Shown piece by piece: positions 13,854 to 28,521 of a stretch of 64,000 nt of DNA. Source of the stretch: Octopus vulgaris (lineage: Eukaryota); contig OX597826.1 of the NCBI GenBank assembly GCA_951406725.2, forward strand, positions 6,014,001 to 6,078,000. The letters are read 5' to 3'. The number at the start of each line of letters is the position of its first letter. Within the stretch, counting starts at the first letter, position 1. Both the position numbers and the translations under genes were made by a program. The notes under the pieces are model-generated. The model made no database searches and had not been told where the DNA came from. It worked only from the letters and a program-made list of their open reading frames with translations.

Positions 13854-13901
13854 GTCTTACAGCTGTTTCCAAGATATTTATTATATCCCCTCATCGGAGA
13901 C
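13854..13901 (-). ncRNA. minimal type I hammerhead motif (U4C)
   Basis: Reverse complement: gtct CCGATGA ggggatataataaatatcttg GAAA c AGCT GTA agac; first stem II pair is G-G (decayed). Confidence 0.65.
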
Positions 13902-14183
13902 AGTGTGAGAAAATGGTTAAGCAATAATTAATTTAGATAACATACGAAATAGAGAGTGCAGTGGAGGAATGAAAATAGATGCGAGATATGCAAGGCTATT
14001 GCATTTGTAGATCCATTAAATAGGCAGAATGGTATACATATAAGATTCCAATACCTTGTGAGTAAAATCCAATAGTTTCTAAAACTGATCATTCCAAGTA
14101 TAAAGTTTGTACATAGTGCTATCGAATCAAGGGTTTTATTTAAAGTGACCTAAAAGTAGGGAATGTATTTGTAAGGTCAAATC

Positions 14184-14406
14184 TGTTGTGTGGACGCACC
14201 CAGACGATAAACTAGGCTAGCCCGATACGTAGATATAGAGGGAGAAGTGTAGACGTCAGCAGTTGAGGAGAGGTCATCCGAACGTGCGATATAACAGTGG
14301 CGACGAGGATGAGATTCTCACACAGCCACTATGTAGTATTGCGACATAGCAGTGGCGCAAGGACTTCGTTGCTCACACAGCCACTGTGTAGTATTGCGAC
14401 ACAACA
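14184..14406 (+). mobile_element. small TG...CA element with tRNA-Ser(GCT)-like primer binding site
   Basis: Termini tgttgtgt / acacaaca are inverted; ...tataaca G TGGCGACGAGGATGAGAT at 14298-14315 matches 17/18 of the complement of the metazoan tRNA-Ser(GCT) 3' end as recalled; flanks aatc/aaac. Confidence 0.55.
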
Positions 14407-14502
14407 AAACCGAAAACAGGAAGAGAGGAATAAATTCCTCGACTTTACTCTATATTTCGTTTCTTATCTAAATTAACTATTGCTTGACTATTTGTTCACA
14501 TC

Positions 14503-14550
14503 GTCTCCGATGAAGGGATATAATACATACCCTCGAAACAACTGTAAGAC
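14503..14550 (+). ncRNA. minimal type I hammerhead motif (U4C)
   Basis: gtct CCGATGA agggatataatacataccctc GAAA c aact GTA agac. Confidence 0.65.
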
Positions 14551-14777
14551 CTTCTATTTATAAATGTTCTAAATTCACAACCTTGTTTTTTTTTTATCTC
14601 ATTCTGAAAAAAAAATCTATATATACACACGCTGATATATGACCTACGTTAGATTCCTTATTCGCAGAATCACCGAACCTGGAACTTAACTATGGCCTAT
14701 CCATAGCAATTACTCAGCATTACCTGACACCTTTGGGTCTTATTGACTCCATTACCTCTCATAACCTATATATATAT

Positions 14778-14965
14778 AGGGGGAATTTACGAAAAGAACA
14801 AAAGACGAAAACGGCTGGTGTACAAGATAAACAAATGTATTAATATAACGCTCAGAAATAGAAAAAGTCTTTTACGTTTCGAGCCCACGCTCTTCTACAG
14901 AGAGGGACACAGAAAAAAACAAGGAGAGAAAAAAAATGTCTGTAGTGGCTAACGATCTATCATAT
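14778..14965 (-). mobile_element. short pLTR-like element (family H) with decayed HHR
   Basis: Reverse complement at 14869-14904: ctct CTGTAGA a gagc gtgg gctc GAAAC GTA aaag; (TA)n flanks; related to 34655, 42144 and 59146. Confidence 0.55.
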
Positions 14966-14966
14966 T

Positions 14967-15066
<100 letters not shown>

Positions 15067-15834
15067 TGTGTGATTGTGTATTTCTGTATGTTTGTATACA
15101 TGGTAAATTATATCCATAATTTACATATATATATGTCGCCGACATGTTATTGATAGAAAGTATGTACGCTTATTTTACTTTACCAAATAGCATTAGATAT
15201 ATATATCAAACAATTGAAAATCAGCCACGCACACACACACACATATATATAGATAGATAGATACATATATATAGATAGATAGATACATATATATAGATAG
15301 ATAGATACATATATATATAGATAGATAGATACATATATATAGATAAATAGATAGATACATATATATAGTTAGATAGATAAATAGATAGATAGATAGATAC
15401 ATACATACATACATACATGTGTATGCAATATATGCATGTATATAAGTTTGTGTGTGTGTGTGGGTGCGTGCGTGTGTGTGTGTGTACGACTGAACTCTTG
15501 TCTTGACGTATTTATGTAGAACTGAATTTCTATTGGACAAAATTGGAAAATAGGTTAAAACAAAAGAATCGTTACAATAAGAAAACAGCAAATAAAATAT
15601 AATGAATGAAGGAGTACACCGCTAGACGCTACACACACATACACATATACTGATACACCCACAAACATACACACATACTCACACATACGCACGAGAAACT
15701 TTTTAAAGAAATAAACGTGTTGCATGAAATATTTATTTCCTCTCATTATTTATATATATATATTTTTTTTATTGTTCACTTTCATTCTAGAACTCACTTT
15801 CACTTTCACTTCCCTCCTCCTCTTTCTCTCCTCT

Positions 15835-15912
<78 letters not shown>

Positions 15913-16084
15913 TGGTTTATATTAATTCATTTTAAACGTGAATTCTTGGAAATAATCTTCCGACTTAATCTTTAAAGAAATTAAAGATTTCATATCTGAC
16001 AAAAGGAATTACATTGTCCACAAATTTAGGTACATTTTATTGATATGTTATTAATTATCTTTAGGTTTTTTTTTTCACTTTTCT

Positions 16085-16086
16085 AA

Positions 16087-16155
<69 letters not shown>

Positions 16156-16431
16156 ATTATTAGTATTATTATTATTTTTTTTATCAGCATCATCTGCATC
16201 ATCATCATCATTATCATTATTATCATCATTATGAACATCACCGCCACCACCACCACCACCATCACCATCATCATCATCATCAGCAGCAGCAGCAGCAGCC
16301 GCATCATTGCAATCATCACCATTGTCATTATTACTATTCTCTCGCAGTTTCATTAGAGTTAGTAATGTGTTAGACAATTTTCTTTTCGTTTTTGTTTTGT
16401 TTTTGTATTTAAGAGGGGGGGTCTATTTTAG

Positions 16432-16491
<60 letters not shown>

Positions 16492-17484
16492 GTTTGTTTT
16501 TACTGGAGTAGACGGCAAACATGATGACAATAACGACAGTGATGACAACGAAGATGGGTTATCATGAACACTATGTTCAGCTATTCTGCGCTTTTGATCA
16601 TTAGTTTTAGTTTTGACATTTTTGCTGTTGACGATGATGATGAGGAGGTGGAGGAGGAGGAGGAGGAGGAGGAAGCGAAGGAGGAGGTGGGGCACGAGGG
16701 TGAGGACAAATGTGATGATGATAGTACTGCTGATAGTGGTTTTGATGATGAAAATAGTGATAGTGCTGATGATAATGACGCTGACGGTGTTTATGAGGAG
16801 AACGGTGAACGGTGATGAAGATGATGGTGATTGAATGTGGGGAAGAGGATGATGCTGAATACGATGCTGTTTAAGTATAATGTTGATGAGCACGACAACG
16901 ATGCTGCTGCTGCTTCTGCTTCTGCTTCTGCAGATGATGATGATGATGAAGAAGAAGACGACGAAGAAGAAGAAAAAATGAGGAGAAGAAGAAGACGAAG
17001 AAGAAGAAGAAGAAGAAGAAGAAGAAGAAGACGAAGAAGAAGAAGAAGAAAAAGAAGAAAACGAAGAAAATGAAGAAGAAGAAGAAGAAAAAGAATAATA
17101 TGATGATGACGATGATGATGATGACGAAGATGATGATGACGATGGTGAGGATGATGATGATTATGATGATGATGATGACAATGATGATGTTGATGACAAT
17201 GATGATGTTGATGATGATTATGATGATGATGAGGATGATGATGATGATGATGATGATAATGAAGATGACGGCGGCGGCGGAAATGATACTGGTATTGATG
17301 CTGTTGATGTTGCTGATATTAAATTTTGAGGGTGTTGATGGAATTGACGTGTTGATGTTCATGATGGTGATGATGATGAGGAGGAGGGTGAGACGATGAT
17401 GATGGTGATGATGATGTTGATGATGAAGACGTTAATGATGATGATGATGAAGAAGGTGAAGATGATGGTTGTGACGATGATGAA

Positions 17485-17531
<47 letters not shown>

Positions 17532-17902
17532 CGATAAAGTCGGCGACGAGGATGTTGATGAAATTATTTTTATAGTGTTCACAAAACTGTTCTACACGCA
17601 ACTCATTTAGTAATCTCATTAGGAAAATATGAAACTTGAGGAGATTTTCGAATATTGTTGTTTTATCGAAGACAAACAACGAAAACATAAACAAAAAATA
17701 GATAAAGAAAGAAAGGAAAAAGATAATGGAAAATGTTAATTGGAATTTAATATAAGATTATATCTGTTTGGGAAGACAGAAAAGAAGTTTAACAACAACA
17801 AGACTATGATGACGATGACGACAAAAGAAACGTCTACTACGACAATCACTACGCCTACTACCACCACCACCACTACTACTACTACTAATAATAATAATAA
17901 TG

Positions 17903-17934
<32 letters not shown>

Positions 17935-17935
17935 C

Positions 17936-17980
<45 letters not shown>
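16085..17980. repeat. compound trinucleotide repeat region (ATT, CAT, GAT, GAG, GAA, AAT)
   Basis: Direct inspection; the poly-D/E/N/M/R ORFs are translation artefacts. Confidence 0.9.
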
Positions 17981-17982
<2 letters not shown>

Positions 17983-18113
17983 CAATGTTGCCCACATATG
18001 GTTGTGATGCACGTGCCTAGTGTACCCTAATCAGACTGGTAGTCATGACGGGTATACTGGACTTCGTATATTTTACCCCAGTGTCACTTTGATGGCATGC
18101 ACTGTTCTCTCAC

Positions 18114-18115
<2 letters not shown>
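17981..18115 (+). mobile_element. 3' end of a non-LTR retroelement inserted in (TAA)n
   Basis: 135-bp unique island between pure AAT arrays, ending ctctcactt + (AAT)n. Confidence 0.55.
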
Positions 18116-19864
<1,749 letters not shown>

Positions 19865-20781
19865 AATAACAATAATAGTAATAATAATAATAAAATAGCG
19901 TTACTGGAGAGAATGCTGACGAACATGAAGGTTTTGTTGTTGCTTTTGTGAAGATAATGATGATGATGATGTTGAAAGTGGTTTGTGGATATGGCGATAG
20001 TGGGATTTATAGTGAAGGTAATGGTGATAGTCCAGATCGTCTTCGTATGGGTGGTATTAGTGGATACCAACATGTGACTAGATTCATCCAAGCTCAGATA
20101 CTAAAATTTCGTTCTCTTTAATAAAAGATATGAACACCTATTCTTCGAAAAACGTTTTACATCTCTTCGACCGTAACACATATTTTTCGCTATGTATACT
20201 ACAGCATAACGCTATTTGTTCAAAATGTGCTGAACTGCCTCTGATTAACTTTTTCCTGCTCTTCTACATGTAAAGATAACAATAGTGTGGTTTCAAGACT
20301 TTTATTCCTTCTGAAATTCTTAACTTCACGATACGTTCCGAACAGAGCGTCTTAAAAACACACATCCGCATGCCAACATATATAATGTTATCTATGAAGA
20401 AATAAATATTAGTCAATTCTCAGTTGTGATTTCATTCGATAAACTCGTCTGGTGATGAGGGATATCAGTTCGTGATATATGTACCTCATCCAAGACTGCG
20501 TTGATGTCATCTCTGACATCATTCTTGCCAAATTTATTTCTTTTAAATCTTCAACAAAATTGGCAATGGTTGACTTTTCCCTTCACTAGGTTCATCGATT
20601 GTTCTCTGCTCATGATATTCTTCTAATGGCGTTGTAAGGACCAGAATGGCGCTTTTTTGATGAAACGTTTCTCCTACAATTTTTCATTTTGGAACGCTCC
20701 CTTTGACTTTGGGGAAGGCACCTCTAACCAAATCATCACAAATAACATAATTTATTTTTTTTGTTATTCGCACGATATTCT

Positions 20782-21020
20782 TTCACTTGTTTCAGTCATT
20801 TAACTGCAGCCATGCTGGTGCACCAACTTAAGGGGTTTTAGTCGAAGAAATCAACCCCAGAACTTATTATTTGTAAGCCTAGTTCTTATTCAATCGGAAT
20901 CGTTTGACGAACCGCTAAGATATGTGGACGTTAACACACCGACATCGATTGTCAAGCGATGTTGGGGTGGCAAAAACAGACACAAGCACACAAATACGCA
21001 CATACATGCATGACTATATA
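20782..21020 (-). mobile_element. SINE family A, 3' part
   Basis: ctttcacttgtttcagtcatt...gaaccgctaag...cacaaata; matching head at 22045-22190. Confidence 0.8.
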
Positions 21021-21032
21021 CACACACACACA

Positions 21033-21073
<41 letters not shown>

Positions 21074-21079
21074 TGTGTT

Positions 21080-21109
<30 letters not shown>

Positions 21110-21114
<5 letters not shown>

Positions 21115-21995
21115 GTTTTATATTGATATTATTTTGGCTTTTATGTATCTATAGAATTTATTTTTCCATGTCCGTATAGAGATGGTTTGGTTTTTTGATA
21201 TATAAGTATCGATATGTATATGTATGTGAGTAAATGAATACTGGGGTATATATGTAGCGATAACGTATTTATCTTATTTGATTTGTATATATTTTAATGT
21301 TTTTTTCGTTAACCGACCGCGGTTTTGTTTTTCTGTTGTTTCTACAAATGGAAAGATAATTATCTCACCTGCATTCTAATAGCCAAATTCATAATATTTA
21401 GATTTGAATTAATATATAAAATAATGTTTTATCAAAAATAGATACATGTGTGTATGTGTTGTATAGATATTAAAATTGTAAAAATAGAGATATGTATATA
21501 TATAGAGAGAGATGAATAGCTAAACTTGTGCATGTGAATATTCATTTGTGTATACGGATGTGTGGGTGTATGCATATATACCGAAAAGATAGGTGTTTGT
21601 GTGTATATATAAATATATATAAATATTTACATAATAACGTGTGTACTGTGCAAATTCGGTTGTAAAACTGGATATTTATAGATATAAAATTAGAAATTTA
21701 AATAATTTCAGTTAGATTATTTACTCATTTATCATTAAGCTCGCTCTTATAAAGCGCTTTTGTAAAGCCTTATAAATATTTTCCATTGATATTTTTCGTC
21801 AAATATTGATGCAGTTATGTCTATCTGATGAAGCATCATTACATATTTAAATGGATTTGATTATTCGGGAAAATCTTCGTTTTATTAATGTAATTAACGC
21901 TGTAATTTAAGAGATGTGTCATTTGCTTGTACAAACTATTTAAATTGAATTGAATTCATAATTCTTGAATTTATAATTGCTTAATTTTCCATTTC
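21110..21995 (+). mobile_element. AT-rich insertion into the SINE-internal (TA)n, with possible decayed HHR
   Basis: Splits a family A SINE; tatgtctat CTGATGA agc...gct GTAA tt TA agagatgtg at 21816-21918. Confidence 0.35.
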
Positions 21996-22044
21996 TTATA
22001 TGTATATATGTATATATATATATATACATATATATATTTATATA

Positions 22045-22190
22045 TTCGACGGGCTTATTTCAGTTTCCCTTTGGACAACCCGAGTCTAGAGCAGAAAACA
22101 CCAGTCCAAGGTGTCACGTAGTGGGACTGAACCCGGAACCATGCGTTTATGAAGCAAGCTTCTTACCACACAGCCACGCCAGCGGCTATA
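22045..22190 (-). mobile_element. SINE family A, 5' tRNA-like head
   Basis: Reverse complement begins ggctgtgtggtaagaagcttg...ggttccgggttcagtccc (A and B boxes). Confidence 0.8.
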
Positions 22191-22808
22191 GGTAGTTATT
22201 TTAAAATTTGATCCCAAATGTAAGCGCTTAAAAGCCTACAAGAACGGGAAAATAAATCTTTGACCTCATTGCAGATGGACCTCCTCGTACAATGAAAAGT
22301 GTAAAACCCTTCACCCCTCGATCACAAAGTACTGCTTTCAGATGGAAGGACTACATGGAGCCACTACATTAGAAAAACAGGTGAGGCTACTAAACAAACC
22401 AATATCAAAGCCTTGCCAAAGCGCGATGTACGAAATTGCAGATAGTGCGTCACATTAACGCAGATTTGCGATTACATCTGACAATGATACAAGAGAAATA
22501 CGCTTGTAATGCAACCATACAGCAGCGTTTGAGTTAAATATTTCCTTGATGGGAGAATGAAAAATATTTTACATCGTTATGTAGAAAGATACGAGCAACT
22601 TACAATAATTTATTTCGGTGATGACGAATTTAATGACATTACCTTCAATGGAAGAGATAATTAATAAAACTAAATCACTCAGTGTTTTATTTAATATTAG
22701 CTCGCTGTAAAAACACATCTGTACATATTTCACCAATGTTGTCTATATTAAGAGCAGATTTACAAACACAACATATGTTCTTCAAATTCTATATCAATTA
22801 CACGTATA

Positions 22809-23175
22809 GGCTGTGTGGTAAGTAGCTTGCTAACCAACCACATGGTCTTCTGCTATAGCCCCGGGCCGACCAAAGCCTTGTGAGTGGATTCGGTAGACGG
22901 AAACTGAAAGAAGCCCGTCGTATATATGTATATATATATAAGTGTGTGTGTATATGTTTGTGTGTCTGTGTTTGTCCCCCTAGCATTGCTTGGCAACCGA
23001 TGCTGGTGTGTTTACGTCCCCGTCAATTAGCAGTTCGGCAAAACAGACCGATAGAATAAGTACTAGGCTTACAAAGAATAAGTCCCGGGGTCGATTTGCT
23101 CGACTAAAGGCGGTGCTCCAGCATGGCCGCAGTCAAATGACTGAAACAAGTAAAAGAGTAAAAGAGTAAAAGAGT
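22809..23175 (+). mobile_element. SINE family A (tRNA-derived, internal microsatellite, (GTAAAAGA)n tail)
   Basis: ggctgtgtggtaagtagcttg head with internal deletion; tail gtaaaagagtaaaagagt. Confidence 0.9.
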
Positions 23176-23479
23176 AATATGTAGCATTTATTAGCCCAAT
23201 TGTTTTATGACCACCAGCTTGCCTCTGATTTTGCAGACCAATAATCAAAGTTTATTCAGTGAAGGTTATCAGATCTGTTTTGATCTATCTACGAATATTA
23301 TTTTAAGACGTTAGTGTATCGTTTTAATGATATTGCTATTTCTAACTAAATTAGGAGCCGCGAAGATATTCGTTATTAGGGTAATCAAATATTTTACGTG
23401 TACATACGCATTATTTTCCGAATTCATATCAAAAAGAATGTAGTTACTCCGAAGCATACAAGGTGATTATTATTTACAG

Positions 23480-23640
23480 GATTTGAAAATGTTCACTAAT
23501 CATAATCAATACATACCCAATATTATTAGAGAATCATTGAACAAGAGTATTCGTCTCTGGGCTAATATAATTCGCTGATGACCCTGTTGCATTCCTTCAG
23601 ATAATAACGACTAAAACACTGCTGATAATTATTCCAATCA
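23480..23640 (+). pseudogene. ancient LINE RT fragment
   Basis: ctctgggct...ttcgctgatgaccctgtt reads LW...FADDPV, the catalytic motif. Confidence 0.3.
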
Positions 23641-24519
23641 CGATGACTCATAGGGACATTGCAGAAATCTAGTTCTGAGCAGTGTTGAACATATCAAACC
23701 CATTTCCTCATAGATTACATACCAGCCTACTCTAAATATATGTTCTTCTTTATATATTTGAAAGTTTCACTGAAAGACAGTAAATGCAGCCTTCATCAGT
23801 CGCACAGTACTGTTGCCGAATACAGAATTTCTGATGAGATAGTTATATAAAATGCCATGAGCTGATATCTGTATATACTATGTATATCCATTGGATTGTG
23901 AAGAAATCATATACTTGTAAATTAGCAGGACATATTAAGCTATGGCTTTACATAAGCGATATGATAATACTGTGTGAGGTTGGCATTTTCATGACGCTGT
24001 TACAATGCAGAGCAAATTCTTTAGGACATGAAAAACGTATAAGAAAACTATTAGAATGATTACTGCTTGCATATTTCCATGTTCTAATGAAGACATTTGC
24101 TCTACCAGACATATGTATACATACATATAGGCATACACACAAATACATATGAACATACGTATACTGATGTGTGGTAAGAAGTTTGGTTCACAAACACATG
24201 GTTCTGCGTTCAATATCCCTGCGTGGTATCTTCGGAAAGTGTTTTCTACTATAGCCACGGGTGACAAAATACGTATGAGGGAATTTGTTTGGAGGATAGC
24301 TGAAACAACCCCGTTGTATCTATCTATCTATCCAAATAAGCAACAAGTATATCCGAGGTAGTGTGGTACAATCGTTTTTAATGCTACTTCATTTTATTAA
24401 ACACTGTAAGTATTACATCAGTTTTAAAATGTCGAGCAATCTTCAGCCCATGGATTTATATGGATAATACCATACAAAATTCTGGTGTCTTTCACTTAAG
24501 TACCATATTCATCTGAATC

Positions 24520-24550
<31 letters not shown>

Positions 24551-24615
24551 GTTTGTAACATATTTCAACTGCTACAAGGCAAATTGACTGCAGTTACCAT
24601 GGAGAAAAATTCCCT

Positions 24616-24930
24616 GGAGGAGGCATATGGCCAAGTGGTTAGAGCAGCGGACACGCGGTTGAGGGATTGCGGGTTCTAATCTCAGACCGGACGATGTGTG
24701 TGTTTAAGAACGAAAAACCTAAGCTCCACGCGGCTCCAGCAGAAGGTAATGGTGAAACGAATGCTGACTCTTTCGCCACAACTTTTTCTCACTCTTTCCT
24801 CCTGTATCTTGCAGCTCACTTGCGATGGACCGGCGTCCCGTCCAGGTGGGGAACCTATACGCCAAGAAACCGGGAAACCAGCCCTTATGAGCCAGGGATG
24901 GCTCGAGAAGGAACAAACAACAACAACAAA
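24616..24930 (+). mobile_element. tRNA-derived SINE family B with V-like core and (ACA)n tail
   Basis: tggccaagtggttagagcagcgg...gcgggttctaatctc A and B boxes; tgcgatggaccggcgtcccgtccagg core; second copy at 52573. Confidence 0.88.
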
Positions 24931-24961
24931 AATTCCCTTTTATGGTAAAAGTTGTGAAAAT

Positions 24962-25433
24962 ACCCTGTTCGTTCAGTGTCGCCATCTGTTAGGGATCCCA
25001 GAGATCGATATTTCGAGGATTTTGACTGTTGTGAATGACTCTTGCGAAGCAGAGGTAACACTTAACGAACTAAATAAAGACGTATCTTTATATTTATAAT
25101 TCAGTCAACACTGATTTGCACTAGATTTTTTTCTCCACGGTATATGCAGTGTATTTGTATTTTAGAAGTTGAAATTTGTGACAGGCATATTTCAGCTTAC
25201 CTAATTCTACTCATACTTACACATTGCTTCGCGCTGACACTTCTTTACTTACCTCGGTCGGGCGATTTACTAGCGCAAGCCAGTCAATGTGTTGATTGAA
25301 TCATATCTGACGCTACGTCTTTAAGTTTTTTCAGAGTTGTCTCTCTTAGGTACATCTTATTGACAAGAGTAAAAAATCTTGAAACGGCGATGCCTGGGAT
25401 TCCTAATAGATGGCGACATTGAACGAACCGGGT
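24962..25433. mobile_element. MITE with ~70-bp terminal inverted repeats
   Basis: accctgttcgttcagtgtcgccatctgttagggatcccag vs ctgggattcctaatagatggcgacattgaacgaaccgggt. Confidence 0.8.
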
Positions 25434-26509
25434 GACACTTCGATGTGTGTGTGCGTGCTTTGTGTGTGTGTATTTATGTATGTATCTATGAATGCATATA
25501 TATGCATATATTTGTGCATACGGCGATGTTTCAGAATTAAAGAGTATTTCTCTCGTAGAAAACTAAAATCTAGCGGCAAATTTTATCAATTTTTACAGTT
25601 AAGTGGGATATAAATTTAAAAACTTCCCTAAAGAACTAACGTGCTTAAATCTTTCTTTGCAGGTTAAAATCTTCCAGGTATAATTTGGATGTGATGTCCT
25701 TAGCAATGCGTAGTGTGTCCACGATATATGACCTTCCAATATATTTTTCAGGTATAGAAAAACGATAGAATATATTTCTAAATTAATCTGCATGATTAAA
25801 AATGAGATAAATTAACAGAAGAAACTTAAATAAGCCAATGGCATCAATTTGGAGTATTCTGTTTAATGGAAGTTTTCTGAATTTTGTTCGCGAAAAACTC
25901 TTAATTAATGGAAATTTCCCACTTAATTAACGAAAGAATACCAACCCACCGGCGACTTTTATATTTTATATAATGTCCAGACATTACAACTATTAACACT
26001 TTGGGGTCTTTTGTTCTGCTCGTCAAGCAATCTACTTGATATGTAGGAACTTTCGCTTTAAACGGTATTTTTTTGGTATTCGGTATATCTATAATGTTTT
26101 TTTTTTTCCGCGAACGAATATCTGGTTTTTCATTCGTTAAAGTCCTGGTGCCGCCTTGTTTTTCCGGTGGTCAACTTTGTCGTTCTGCCTGGTTGGCTTC
26201 CCCGTGGGGAACGATCAGCAGTCGTTCCGGTTGGTTGATTCTCTTAAAGAATATTTTCTTGTATTTGCTGAAGCTCGGCTTTGATTGGCCTTGAGTTAGG
26301 TGACACCAACAAATGGGGATTGTAAAATTTCATTGGTCTAGAGATAGGGGACGTCTGCAACCGGTGTTTGTATGGGAACAACAAACAATTTCAAAAACTT
26401 TAATGACAGTCTTCCACTCGGGATTTGAAACCGCAACTCTAAATTATCATACAATAGCACAATACAAACACCAGTTCCTGCTGATGCTTTTGTTGTTGTT
26501 GTTGTTGAT

Positions 26510-26772
<263 letters not shown>

Positions 26773-26872
26773 GAAGTTATTGGTGATAATACAATTAATG
26801 ATACATATATATATATAACTACATATATAAAAAATACATGTTAAGGATGAGATGTGAAAGGATGTACGCAAC

Positions 26873-26903
<31 letters not shown>

Positions 26904-27321
26904 GAATACGCTATGTATGTTCCTCTCCGTGGCAGTAATATACGTAATTGATATCATGTTTGGGTATATTTGAATTATTTAGGTCTTGGAGGTCATTCGG
27001 AAAAAAATAGAGATTATTTTATTAATGGCCAACTTTGGCATCGAAATATATGAATGTAAATATCTCTATCTGGTGCGAAATCAACATTCCACATTAGACT
27101 AAACTAAATAGATTCGTAAAATGAAGTATTGTACGAAAATCAAACAAAACAAAAACGCTATTACTCGCTTAAATACGCGCAGAAAGTCCTCATAGAAATA
27201 TATGCTGTTTACATTTATATGTATATTTGAATATACAGAGATACACATAAGATAAATAATATGGGCAATAACGCGTATCAGCACCAACTAAAGTACCATG
27301 GACATTTATAGACATACAGAC

Positions 27322-27866
27322 GAATACATGCATGCGTATGTACGAATGTTTTCATGCGTTAACAAACCATATATTTATATATATATATATTTGAATAGAT
27401 GCATGCGTATGTACGTTTGTTTTTATGCTTTAACAAACCATATATTTATATATATATATTTGAATAAATGCATGCGTATGTACGTTTGTTTTTATGCGTT
27501 AACAAACCATATATTTATATATATATATTTGAATAAATGCATGCGTATGTACGTTTGTTTTTATGCTTTAACAAACCATATATTTATATATATATATATA
27601 TTTGAATAAATGCATGCGTATGTACGTTTGTTTTTATGCGTTAACAAACCATATATTTATATATATATATTTGAATAAATGCATGCGTATGTACGTTTGT
27701 TTTCATGCGTTAACAAACCATATTTATATATATATATATTTGAATAAATGCATGCGTATGTACGAATGTTTTCATGCGTTAACAAACCATATATTTATAT
27801 ATATATATATTTGAATAAATGCATGCGTATGTACGTTTGTTTTTATGCTTTAACAAACCATATATA
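27322..27866. repeat. ~70-bp minisatellite, about 8 units
   Basis: Unit ttgaataaatgcatgcgtatgtacgtttgtttttatgcgttaacaaaccatatattta(ta)n. Confidence 0.95.
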
Positions 27867-27872
27867 TATATG

Positions 27873-27906
<34 letters not shown>

Positions 27907-28166
27907 TATATATATATGTATGTATGTATGTATATGTACAAGCCGTCACACAATTGTATACACATGTGAGTGCGTGTTTTGTATTCTGTTCTTTCTAAGC
28001 TGCTTGGTGTTTGCGTATGTATATGTGTGTTTGTAGACGCTTGAGTAAATATATGTTATATATGTCTGATACTTGCTGACACTTACGAACCCAATATCTG
28101 CGAACCCAATCAATTTCACAAAAGCATATACCTAAGTAATTCAAAGATGCACGCAAGATAATATGC

Positions 28167-28252
<86 letters not shown>

Positions 28253-28375
28253 ATTTCTATCTATATGTCTATCTGTCTGTCTCTGTCTCTCTCTCTATCT
28301 ATCTATCTAGCTGTCTGACTGTCTCTTTATCTATCTATGTATCTCTCTATCTAACTATCTATCTATCTATCTATC
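28167..28375. repeat. (TATC)n microsatellite
   Basis: Direct inspection. Confidence 0.9.
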
Positions 28376-28468
28376 TTTTTGTCTGACTATCAACCTAACG
28401 ATCGACTTGTATTTCTACTTATCTCTCTATCAACATCTCTTGATTTCGCACTCTCGACCCTCCTATCC

Positions 28469-28521
<53 letters not shown>

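Larger units (their letters stand above)
13787..14595. mobile_element. Penelope-type inverted pLTR pair
   Basis: 13787-13972 is the diverged reverse complement of 14433-14595; each arm carries an HHR motif; (TA)n flanks. Confidence 0.75.

Noticed and set aside
16564-17560. Acidic D/E-rich ORFs as a possible exon
   Set aside because: Frames are broken by frequent stops and all frames are low-complexity repeat translations
20230-20690. Possible L1/Tx1 endonuclease relic on the minus strand (LRID.IFISS-like)
   Set aside because: Only one weak motif among many stops, not enough to call
23575-23581. CTGATGA as a hammerhead core
   Set aside because: Better explained as the FADD codons of a decayed RT; no GAAA or stem partner
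23760-23806. Minus-strand CTGATGA...GAAAC candidate
   Set aside because: Stem I cannot form
24619-24690. tRNA gene
   Set aside because: It is the head of a SINE: it continues into a body shared with 52573 and has no proper acceptor stem or terminator
27322-27866. CRISPR array
   Set aside because: No unique spacers, eukaryotic context and no cas genes
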